Below, in pieces: positions 38,768 to 47,246 of a DNA stretch of 64,000 nucleotides. This stretch comes from an uncultured Clostridia bacterium. Its GTDB lineage: Bacteria; Bacillota; Clostridia; Oscillospirales; QAMX01. Under the pieces are notes generated by a model. That model saw nothing but the letters and a program-made list of their open reading frames with translations, ran no database searches and was not told where the DNA came from. Within the stretch, counting starts at the first letter, position 1; every line of letters begins with the position of its first letter. The stretch covers positions 3,230-67,229 of the forward strand of contig CALWBW010000007.1 of assembly GCA_944376195.1 (NCBI GenBank). Reading direction: 5' to 3'. Made by a program: the position numbers and the translations under genes.

Positions 38768-40792
38768 ATGGAATACGGAAACTCGATTTTCCTCACCAAA
38801 CCCAATGATCCCATTGCGGCGGTATTTACGCCGGAGGCATACGGCGCCTGTCCGGATGGAATCGGCGACAACACCGCCGCTTTGCAAAAGGCGATTGATG
38901 AGGTCGTGGAAAAGCACTACCACGGTATTATTTACATTCCGGAAGGAATTTACCGCTTTGCGGACACCGTTCAGCTCTGGCGCGGCATTCGTCTGTTCGG
39001 CTATGGCGCAAAACGTCCGGTTTTTGTCCTGGCAGACCACACGCCCGGCTATGAAGGGCCCAACACGAAGTACATCCTGCATTTCCGCGACGCGCAGCCC
39101 CGTGAGAATTATCCTCTGCGCGACGCGCAGAATACCTCCTTCTATGGCGGCGTGCGTAATATCGACTTCAACCTCGGCCATGGAAACGCGGGGGCGGTTG
39201 CCTGCCGCTACCGAATTGCGCAGCTCTGCTCTCTGGAGGATATCGACTTTTACATCAACGATGCCTACGCCGCCGTGGAAATGGTCGGCAACGAAATTGA
39301 ACGCTGCCGCTTCTTCGGCGGTACTTACGGAATTGTCACCGGTGAAACGGTCCCCTACTGGCAGTTTTATCTCGGTGATTCCATTTTCGACGGGCAGAAA
39401 CGCGCCTGTATTTCCTCTTACCGCGCAGGTTTGACCATGGTGCGCGATACCCTGCGCAACGCGCCCTATGGCGTATACGTCCCGAACAAGGAGACAGACA
39501 ACCACTACATTGAGGAGTTTGAGCGGCTTTACATGGAAGATTGCCGTCTTGAGAATCTCTCCTCAGCCGGCGTCTGCATGAACATGACCCGGTATCCCCA
39601 AAACTGGCTGCACGCTAGAAATGTCGTCTGTCGGGACACGCCGATGTACTACGAACCGTTTGGTTATCGGTTTAACCACCATATCATGGTCACGCCTGTC
39701 ACATCCGACTATCCGTGCTATTCCGTGAATATGGACATGGGCCTTAAGATCAGCGTTAACAATCAGGACGTCAACCGCCGCTTCGACATTCAATTTGAGA
39801 TTACAGAAGCGCAGTGGAGCGATGCGCCCGCGCCCGACTACGTGGAAATGCCGGCGCTTTCGGACTGTGTCAACATCCGTGAGCTCGGTGCGGTCGGAGA
39901 CGGTATTGCCGATGACACGGCGGTCTTTGAAAAAGCCATTGCGGAATACGACAACATTTATGTCCCGATGGGCGCTTATCGTCTCACCCGCGGCCTGACA
40001 CTGCGTGAAAAAACAGCGATTGTCGGCCTGCACTGTTTCTGCACCCGCTTCCTGATGGACGACGAATGCCCCGGGTTTACGGACGCTCTGCATCCGCAGT
40101 CCATGTTTATCGCGCCCAAGGGCGGACATAACCACGTCTGCGGCATCAGTTTTGACGGCGGCCGCAATCCCGGCCTGAACTCCGTCGAGTGGATGGCGGC
40201 GCCGGACTCGATTCTTGAGGACGTTCTTTTCCTGCACGGCGCCCGGATGCCGATGGGACCGCGCAAAAACGTCGTCGGCGGCCAGTCTGTGCGCGGCAAA
40301 AGACAGCGCAAGGGCCGCGACCGCAACCATACGATCTGGATCCATGACGGCGGAGCCGGGGTGTTTAAGAATATCTGGTCGCCTGATGTCTGGGCAAAGG
40401 ACGGGATCTATATCAACGATACCGAAGCGCCCGGCAAGATGTATCTCGTTTCCGTCGAGCACCATCTCGATATTGAAGTTGTTCTGGAGCGCGTAGCCAA
40501 CTGGAAGATTATTGCCCTTCAGACCGAAGAGGATTTGGGAAGCGAATATGCGGGTTCCGTCCGCTGCCGCGACTGCTTCGATGTGGAGTTCGTCAGCCTG
40601 TTCCAGTATCGTGTCCAGGCCATCGATATTCAATACCCGTATGCCAGCGTTGCAGAGAACTGTAAAAATTTACAGGTCAACGGCGTGCATGTCTTCTCCA
40701 TCGGTCCCACACCTTTCACAAATGCCTTCCTCATCGACGGCAAGACCGTCATTCAGGATCAGGAGATTGGCAGTCTGCACATTTCCTGCTAA
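38768..40792 (+). CDS. Pectate-lyase-superfamily (GH55/GH28-related) protein with two beta-helix cap motifs
   Basis: 674 aa. Two copies of the cap motif: GACPDGIGDNTAALQKAIDE (N-terminus) and LGAVGDGIADDTAVFEKAIAEY (near 39880-39950). No N-terminal signal peptide. Confidence 0.7.
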   Translation: MEYGNSIFLTKPNDPIAAVFTPEAYGACPDGIGDNTAALQKAIDEVVEKHYHGIIYIPEGIYRFADTVQLWRGIRLFGYGAKRPVFVLADHTPGYEGPNTKYILHFRDAQPRENYPLRDAQNTSFYGGVRNIDFNLGHGNAGAVACRYRIAQLCSLEDIDFYINDAYAAVEMVGNEIERCRFFGGTYGIVTGETVPYWQFYLGDSIFDGQKRACISSYRAGLTMVRDTLRNAPYGVYVPNKETDNHYIEEFERLYMEDCRLENLSSAGVCMNMTRYPQNWLHARNVVCRDTPMYYEPFGYRFNHHIMVTPVTSDYPCYSVNMDMGLKISVNNQDVNRRFDIQFEITEAQWSDAPAPDYVEMPALSDCVNIRELGAVGDGIADDTAVFEKAIAEYDNIYVPMGAYRLTRGLTLREKTAIVGLHCFCTRFLMDDECPGFTDALHPQSMFIAPKGGHNHVCGISFDGGRNPGLNSVEWMAAPDSILEDVLFLHGARMPMGPRKNVVGGQSVRGKRQRKGRDRNHTIWIHDGGAGVFKNIWSPDVWAKDGIYINDTEAPGKMYLVSVEHHLDIEVVLERVANWKIIALQTEEDLGSEYAGSVRCRDCFDVEFVSLFQYRVQAIDIQYPYASVAENCKNLQVNGVHVFSIGPTPFTNAFLIDGKTVIQDQEIGSLHISC

Positions 40793-40859
40793 GTGGGCAA
40801 TGCCGGATAAAAGGGCCGTCTTCGGAGGCTTTCCGAAACCAATTAGTAAAAAAGGCAAA

Positions 40860-40896
40860 CCGCCTGAGCAAAAAGAAATTGCTCAGGCGGTTTTTT
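40860..40896. terminator. Bidirectional intrinsic terminator
   Basis: CCGCCTGAGCAA-aaagaaa-TTGCTCAGGCGG-TTTTTT, with an A-run upstream. Confidence 0.8.
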
Positions 40897-40989
40897 CCCT
40901 GTCCCGGCAGTGTTTCAGAAACACAGCTTCCTCACATTCCCCAAAATAGCGGCTTTTAAAATCAGACTGTTCCAATATCCCGGGCACTT

Positions 40990-41748
40990 TTACACACGGG
41001 AAATCCGCATTAAGAGCGTATGCGGCAGAAGCTTTGCCAACACACGGTACACTTTGAACAACAGCAGCGGCGTATATTGTCCGCGTCCCTTTTCGCACCG
41101 GCGCAAGGAGACCTCCGCCACTTTTGCAGGCTGACAACGCGGCAGGCGCGCAAACGCGCGGCTGTTGCCCAAAATATTGCCGATTTTCAAAAACGGCGTA
41201 TCCATCGGGCAGGGATTCACTGCAAGTACGTGGATGCCGCGCGGCGAAAGCTCCGCACGCAATCCCTTTGCCAGGCTGGAGACATAGGCCTTGGTGGAAG
41301 CATACACCGTCATGCGCGGAGTCGGCACAAAAGACGCAATGGAGCTTATCAGGATGATCCCGCTCCCAGACGACATATAAGGGATTGTCTGCGCCGTCAA
41401 GAGCGTCAGCGCACGGACATTTACATCGCACATGGCCATATCGTCGGCCAGGTTAATCCGTTCAAAATCTCCGAGAAACCCCAATCCCGCGCAACCAACG
41501 AGCAAGCGCACATCCGGGCGCTCCGCTTCCAGCAGCAGCCGGTATTCCGAAAAACTCGCCGGATCTGCCAAATCCAGCGATAGGCAACGTACACGGCACC
41601 CCTGTATCTCCGTTTCCATCGCGCGCAGTCTGTCGCCGCGTCGGGCAATCAGCCACAATTCCTCCAAACCACCCGCAAACGTTTTCGCCCGGCGTGCAAA
41701 CTCTGCACCAAGGCCCGACGATGCGCCTGTTATTACGCCAATTTTCAT
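40990..41748 (-). CDS. SDR family oxidoreductase
   Basis: TGASSGLG cofactor motif, catalytic YASTKAYV (YxxxK), NVRAL. Confidence 0.88.
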   Translation of the reverse strand: MKIGVITGASSGLGAEFARRAKTFAGGLEELWLIARRGDRLRAMETEIQGCRVRCLSLDLADPASFSEYRLLLEAERPDVRLLVGCAGLGFLGDFERINLADDMAMCDVNVRALTLLTAQTIPYMSSGSGIILISSIASFVPTPRMTVYASTKAYVSSLAKGLRAELSPRGIHVLAVNPCPMDTPFLKIGNILGNSRAFARLPRCQPAKVAEVSLRRCEKGRGQYTPLLLFKVYRVLAKLLPHTLLMRISRV

Positions 41749-41770
41749 GTGTACCGCGCTCCTTCGCTCT

Positions 41771-42328
41771 TTATTCTACAAAAAACTCCACATACTCCAC
41801 TTTTCCGCTTTGAATTCCACAGGCAAACACACAGCCTTCGCTAGAATATTCCACCAGCACAGGCGTACGCCCGTCGTACAAAATTACCCCGTAATCTCCG
41901 CCGGATTCATATGTTCCGTAAAGCAGGCGGTAATGTTCGCCATCCGGACTGGTATACATCGTTTCCTCTCCGGATGACAGAAACAGCGGAACCAAATCTT
42001 CAATTTTCATGCCAATTGTCACACCGCGCGGTGCCTCCAGCGTATCGTCATAGAGGCAGACGGCATACACATATCCGCTCGCCGCCTCCGCGCAGAAGGA
42101 GTTTTTTCCGTAGCGGAATTCATTCGCCTGCACACCCTGAAAACTTGCAATCCGTTCTTCATCCGGCTGCCCGAATGTTTCAAAAATTTCCGACTCCGTC
42201 AGTGCAAAGACATGCGCAAGTTCTGAAAAGGAAAACGCCTCGGCGTCTGCCTCTTTCGGAAGATACGTACAGGCAGAAAATAAGAGCAGACAAAACACCG
42301 CGACGGCGGGAAAAAGAATTTTTCGCAT
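41771..42328 (-). CDS. Lipoprotein, function unknown
   Basis: Lipobox LLFSAC. 185 aa. 22-nt gap to the downstream SDR gene. Confidence 0.65.
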   Translation of the reverse strand: MRKILFPAVAVFCLLLFSACTYLPKEADAEAFSFSELAHVFALTESEIFETFGQPDEERIASFQGVQANEFRYGKNSFCAEAASGYVYAVCLYDDTLEAPRGVTIGMKIEDLVPLFLSSGEETMYTSPDGEHYRLLYGTYESGGDYGVILYDGRTPVLVEYSSEGCVFACGIQSGKVEYVEFFVE

Positions 42329-42448
42329 AGAATCCTCCCATCATTGTAATCGATACTCGTTACATTTCCAGCCAAACAAGCTGTTTTATTTTATCACAGA
42401 CAGTGGCTGCTTTCCATGTCGAAAATGCAAATTTTTATAGATATAGAG

Positions 42449-42484
42449 AAAAGCAAGCCGTTTTTCGCTTTAAAAACGGCTTGC
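42449..42484 (-). terminator. Intrinsic terminator after the P-type ATPase homologue
   Basis: 13-bp stem GCAAGCCGTTTTT/AAAAACGGCTTGC, followed by TTTT on the minus strand. Confidence 0.75.
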
Positions 42485-42491
42485 CTGTCTT

Positions 42492-45400
42492 TTATTCATG
42501 CTGTTTGGTTTCCTCTTCCGGCACAGCTTCTACTACTGTCTCCGTCCCCGGTGCAACTTCCACCTCCGGCACAGTTTCCACTACCGGCTCCGTTTCTGGT
42601 ACTACTTCTACTGTTGTCTCCACTTCCGGTATAGTTTCCACCTCCGGTGCGGTTTCCACTACCGGTGTAGGTGCCTCTTCCGGAGCAATTTCCACCGCCG
42701 TCTCCACTTCCGGCACAATCGCCTCTTTCGATGCAGCTTCCGTCCCCGGTGCAGCTTCCACTTCCGGTGTAAGTTCCTCTTCCGGAGCAGTTTCCACCTG
42801 AATGTGGGGCAGGCGCGCAGTTTCTTCCAACGTCTCCGCAGGAGCATCCGTCTGCTCCGTCTCATCCGGTTCCACAATTTCCGGTTCTCCGTCATCTTCC
42901 GGTCTTTCCTCTGCATTGCCGTCCGGCTGAGCTGCCGCCTGTGCCGAACGAACCTTCGCCGCTTTTTCCGCTGCGCGGGCAGCTTTCTTCGCGGCGCGCT
43001 TTTCGCGGCGTGAAGGTTCCACATCCTCCTGTGTCGGATCATCACCTTCAAATTTCTCAAATAACCGCTCCGTTAAGCTTCCTCCGGAAGACACACTTGC
43101 TTCCACGCTCCGCTCGCGGATATTGCGCGCCAGAATGGGCCGTAAGATTCCCTTGTAAAGTTCGCTCCAGATCAGAGAGAGTACTGCCGAACCAATTGCC
43201 AGCAGCCACTCCACGATGCCGACGGAAGCCGTATGGAACACGCCGTGCAAGGCAGGGACATACACCGCAGCGACCAGAAGAATTGCCACGCCAATCGTCA
43301 CCGCCACCAGCGCGTGATTGGTGAAGAACCCCAGACGGATCAGGCTGGTGCGCTCAGATCGGCAGGAGTAGGCAAGGGCCAAAAGAGAAAATGTCATGGT
43401 TAAAAACGCTGCTGTTTTGGCAAATCCATCGATCTCCGTCTCTCCCAATCCGGCCGAAACCGCATGGTTACTGGCCAGAAAATACGAAGAAACGATCAGC
43501 ACCGTCGGTAAAAACGCCTGGATAAAAGAGGAAACGATCGTAAGCCGTCCGTATGCCGGCGCAGTGGCCTTATGCGGAGGACGGCGCATGATATCCCGCT
43601 CTCCCGGTTCGCCGGCAATGACAAACGCGGGAATCAGCGCCAGGAATGCGTTCAGCCACGCAAGATGCAGGATGGAAAACTGTACGGGCGGCGTAGAAAC
43701 CAACATGGCAAACACCGTCAGCATCTCCGCAATCAGGCACGCAAAGGCGAATCCACAATAGGAGCGCAGCGCGATAAATCCGCGCCGGCTCTCCTCCACA
43801 GCACGCACAATGCCCGCATATCCCACGTCCTCAAGCACCATATCCGCACTGTCGCGCGTAAGCTCCGGCGCATTTGCACCGATGGATACGCCAATATCCG
43901 CCGCCATCAGAGCCGGCGCATCGGACGCGCGCGTTCCCGTCACAGCAACGGTACCGCCGGAATGTTTCAGTGCCGTCACAATTGCGCGTTTTTCAAGCGG
44001 CGATATTCTGGCGCAGACGCGCGTTCTGCGCATTTTTTCGCATAATTCTTCCAGCGGCATCGACTCAATCTGCCCGCCTTCAAAAATCTCTCCGGACATT
44101 CCCATGGAAAGCGCGAGATCCGAAGCCGTCGCCGGATCGTCGCCCGTCACAATCACCGTGCGAATGCCGGCGGCCAGACACAGGTTAAAGGCAGAGACGG
44201 ATTCGCCCGTCGCACGATTGTCGATTCCGCAGAGACCGGCAAACACCAGCTCCCGTTCCATTTCTTCCGCGTCGAAATGGGTGGGCATTTCCGGAAACTC
44301 CCGGTAAGCAACAGCAAGCACACGCAGTCCCTGCTCTGCCATACGATGCGCAACCTCCAGAATCTGTTTTCTGGTATGGTCGGACATCACATAAGCCGTC
44401 CCGCTCAAATTCACCGATGCGCACCGTTCCACAACCATATCCGGCGCGCCCTTCATATAGGCAATGGCCTGGCGGCCATGTTTGTGCACCGTCGTCATGC
44501 GGCGGCGTTCCGCCTCAAAGGGGAATTCCGCCACGCGCGGGAACATGGCCAACACGTCCGTTCGTACCAGGCCCGCCTTCGCAGCCAGCGTAACCAGCGC
44601 GGCCTCCGTCGGATCGCCGACATATCCCCACTCGCCCCGGCGTTCCTCGATATCGGAATCGCCGCACAGCGCGCCGCCTATCAGGGTGAGCGCCAGGCTG
44701 CGATTCCGGCTGACGTCAATTTCCCGTCCATCGGTATCCAAGAAGCGCCCGTCCGGCGCATAACCACGGCCGCGCACATCAATCAGATGGCCTCCCGTCC
44801 AGACCGCGGTCACCGTCATCTCGTCGGACGTTATGACGCCTGTTTTCTGTGCCACAATCGTATCGAGGGAGGAAAGCCTGTCCATGGCGTCCAAAGATTT
44901 CACCACGGTCCCCTGCAAAGCAAGGCGCCGGATCGCCGCCGCGGAAAGCGCCGCCTCCGTAATGCAGAAACTTGACGGAATCGCCGTAACGGCAAGCGTA
45001 ACCGCAAGCAGGATGGTGTTAGTCAGATTTTCAATGCTCATCGCCTGCACCAGCAGGCTGCTCAAAAGAATCACCGAGCTGCAAATGATACCAATTGTCA
45101 CAGCGCGTTTATTCTGCCGCGCAATGGTGCGGTTTAACGCACTGCGGCGTTCGTGCTCATAGGGAGAACGTACCGCAAACGGCGCGGCAATGTTGGCGCC
45201 GGTCGCGACGACAACCGCGCGTCCGCTTCCGGAGCGTACCACCGTTCCCGTATAACACATATTGAGGTGCGCGGAGAGATCCGTTCCCTCTTCCACCGTC
45301 ACGGACGCCGACTTTGCAGCGCCCATAAAGCCGCCGGGGAGAATGCTCTCATCCATCACAAGGTCTATCGTCTCCACAAGACGCATGTCGGCGCCGATGA

Positions 45401-45830
45401 TATCGCCTGCACGAAGCTGCACCAGATCCCCGGGCACCAGCCGCGTCGCCTCTACAATTTCCGGTATGCCATCGCGCACCACGGTCGTCATGGGCGCCGT
45501 CACCGTTTCAATAGAACTCAAAATTCTGCGAATTTTCGCCAGGGAATAACTCTTTAAACCCGCCGTAAACAACGCGCTGCCAAAAAGCACCGCGGCGGAC
45601 AGATAATCGCTTGTCAAAAGGCACAGCACAGCGGCCGCCGTCAAAATGGCCGCGGACGTCATCATTCCCCCGACGCTTCCGGAAACCACCTGTCTTTCCG
45701 GCTTTTTTGCGGGTTCATTCGCGCCGTACCGAGTACGCCGGGCGGCAGCTTCCGAGGCGGAAATGCCGGCGGCGGCGTTTGTATCCAGCTCCCGTAACGT
45801 TTCTTCTACGCTTTTTTCATACCAGGCCAT
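42492..45830 (-). CDS. P-type (P2-like) ATPase homologue with degenerate catalytic motifs and a long C-terminal repeat tail
   Basis: 1112 aa. Cation_ATPase_N-like start (SVEETLRELDT...GISASEAAARR..YG.NE). KGAPD and VTGDD retained. QKTGV replaces DKTGT (Q codon cag at 44847-44849). GGAGGA RBS. Confidence 0.85.
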   Translation of the reverse strand: MAWYEKSVEETLRELDTNAAAGISASEAAARRTRYGANEPAKKPERQVVSGSVGGMMTSAAILTAAAVLCLLTSDYLSAAVLFGSALFTAGLKSYSLAKIRRILSSIETVTAPMTTVVRDGIPEIVEATRLVPGDLVQLRAGDIIGADMRLVETIDLVMDESILPGGFMGAAKSASVTVEEGTDLSAHLNMCYTGTVVRSGSGRAVVVATGANIAAPFAVRSPYEHERRSALNRTIARQNKRAVTIGIICSSVILLSSLLVQAMSIENLTNTILLAVTLAVTAIPSSFCITEAALSAAAIRRLALQGTVVKSLDAMDRLSSLDTIVAQKTGVITSDEMTVTAVWTGGHLIDVRGRGYAPDGRFLDTDGREIDVSRNRSLALTLIGGALCGDSDIEERRGEWGYVGDPTEAALVTLAAKAGLVRTDVLAMFPRVAEFPFEAERRRMTTVHKHGRQAIAYMKGAPDMVVERCASVNLSGTAYVMSDHTRKQILEVAHRMAEQGLRVLAVAYREFPEMPTHFDAEEMERELVFAGLCGIDNRATGESVSAFNLCLAAGIRTVIVTGDDPATASDLALSMGMSGEIFEGGQIESMPLEELCEKMRRTRVCARISPLEKRAIVTALKHSGGTVAVTGTRASDAPALMAADIGVSIGANAPELTRDSADMVLEDVGYAGIVRAVEESRRGFIALRSYCGFAFACLIAEMLTVFAMLVSTPPVQFSILHLAWLNAFLALIPAFVIAGEPGERDIMRRPPHKATAPAYGRLTIVSSFIQAFLPTVLIVSSYFLASNHAVSAGLGETEIDGFAKTAAFLTMTFSLLALAYSCRSERTSLIRLGFFTNHALVAVTIGVAILLVAAVYVPALHGVFHTASVGIVEWLLAIGSAVLSLIWSELYKGILRPILARNIRERSVEASVSSGGSLTERLFEKFEGDDPTQEDVEPSRREKRAAKKAARAAEKAAKVRSAQAAAQPDGNAEERPEDDGEPEIVEPDETEQTDAPAETLEETARLPHIQVETAPEEELTPEVEAAPGTEAASKEAIVPEVETAVEIAPEEAPTPVVETAPEVETIPEVETTVEVVPETEPVVETVPEVEVAPGTETVVEAVPEEETKQHE
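42495..42800 (-). repeat. Imperfect in-frame tandem repeats encoding PEVET-like units
   Basis: Recurrent CTTCCGGNNCAGTTTCCAC-type units. The protein reads ...TAPEVETIPEVETTVEVVPETEPVVETVPEVEVAPGTETVVEAVPEEE. Confidence 0.6.
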
Positions 45831-46067
45831 GAAATCGATCCTCCATTCGACACAACACGCGCAGATCCCATATCGACATACCGCAAAACGCGGCTTTTTT
45901 TATTTTTGACAGAGCACGGTCTCATCGGGACAGGAGAAACCGCGCCGGATATACCACTTTTTATGATACCATACTCTTTTTTCGTTTTCAAACTATTTTC
46001 CCGAATTCATTTGTGATATAATCAATTTCAGAAATTCAAAATGCCATGAGATAAGGAGAACAGCCAT

Positions 46068-47246
46068 ATGACGGATTCCATTCTGCATCGCCCGCTCTCT
46101 GAGCTGACGGACATTTCCTTTTCCTGCGATTGCGGACATACCCACAGCATTCAAATCGGTACGCTTGCCGTAGGACCCGGCGCATCTTCGCGCGTCGCGG
46201 AAACGGCGAAGGCCTGCGCACCACGGCGCATCCTGCTCGTTGCGGACGTCCATACGTTTGACGTACTGGGCAGCCGTGTGTTGGAGCAACTGAAAGGCGC
46301 CGGGCTTGATGCCGACGCCTATGTATTCCCGGATAGTCACCTGCATCCGGACGCCTCCGCGGTCGGACGGCTGTTTTTGGAGGCCTCCGATGAAAAGGCG
46401 GGCTACAGCCTGCTCATTGCGGTTGGATCCGGCGTATTAAACGACATCACGCGGCTGGTCTCCGGACGGCTCGGCCTGCCGTATTACATTGTATGCACGG
46501 CACCGTCTATGGACGGCTATGCCGGAAGTTCCTCGCCGATTGTCTGCCGCGGCACAAAATTAAGCTTTTATTCTCATTACGCCGACGCCATTTTTGCCGA
46601 TACGGAAATTTTGAGCCGTGCGCCGCGTGAGATGATTGCGGCGGGATTCGGCGACGTACTGGGAAAATATACGGCTTTAGCAGACTGGGAGCTTGGGGAA
46701 CGCGAACGCGGCGAGTACCGCTGCGCGCTGATCTCCGACTTTATGCGCGGCGCCCTGGAAACCTGCGCAGCGTCTGCGGAGGGCGTCGCAGCGCGTGATC
46801 CCGCGGCTGTCGGGCACCTGACGGAGGCGCTCATCCTCTCCGGTATGGCGATGGGCCTGGCCGGCGTGACGCGGCCGGCCTCGGGATGTGAACACCACAT
46901 CGCGCACTATTGCGACATCGACGCCGTGGCGAATCACCGGGATTATCCGCTCCACGGCGCGTCGGTCGGCGTGGCGGAGCTGGCCATGCTGCGTTTTTAT
47001 GAATTTGCGCGGCGCGACGGCCTGACGGATTTGGAAACGCCGTCCGCCGACGAAGTACGCGCGCTGCTTTTGAAAGTCGGCGCACCGGTACGGCCTGACG
47101 AAATCGGCATTTCAAAGGAGCTCTTCTCCCGCGCCATCCGGGAAGCCATGAACCTGCGTCCTCAGTACTCCATGCTCCGGCATGTCGCCGCCGCGGGAAA
47201 ACTGGATACATACGCCGACGCTGTAGTAAAGGAACTGTGCGATTGA
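46068..47246 (+). CDS. sn-glycerol-1-phosphate dehydrogenase family protein (AraM/EgsA-like, iron-ADH superfamily)
   Basis: AVGSGVLNDITR, AAGFGDVLGKYTALADWEL, SGCEHHIAHY, LHGASVGV. Confidence 0.7.
   Translation: MTDSILHRPLSELTDISFSCDCGHTHSIQIGTLAVGPGASSRVAETAKACAPRRILLVADVHTFDVLGSRVLEQLKGAGLDADAYVFPDSHLHPDASAVGRLFLEASDEKAGYSLLIAVGSGVLNDITRLVSGRLGLPYYIVCTAPSMDGYAGSSSPIVCRGTKLSFYSHYADAIFADTEILSRAPREMIAAGFGDVLGKYTALADWELGERERGEYRCALISDFMRGALETCAASAEGVAARDPAAVGHLTEALILSGMAMGLAGVTRPASGCEHHIAHYCDIDAVANHRDYPLHGASVGVAELAMLRFYEFARRDGLTDLETPSADEVRALLLKVGAPVRPDEIGISKELFSRAIREAMNLRPQYSMLRHVAAAGKLDTYADAVVKELCD

Noticed and set aside
39563-40633. 356-aa minus-strand ORF (similar long antisense ORFs at 59877-60923, 51853-52830, 49778-50773, 12256-13113 and 7747-8643)
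   Set aside because: All lie fully inside, and antisense to, genes with strong family motifs (beta-helix protein, GHL10-amidase, mnmA, EamA, clpX, thrC). Their Arg/Gly/His-rich compositions are typical of non-coding frames in GC-rich DNA.
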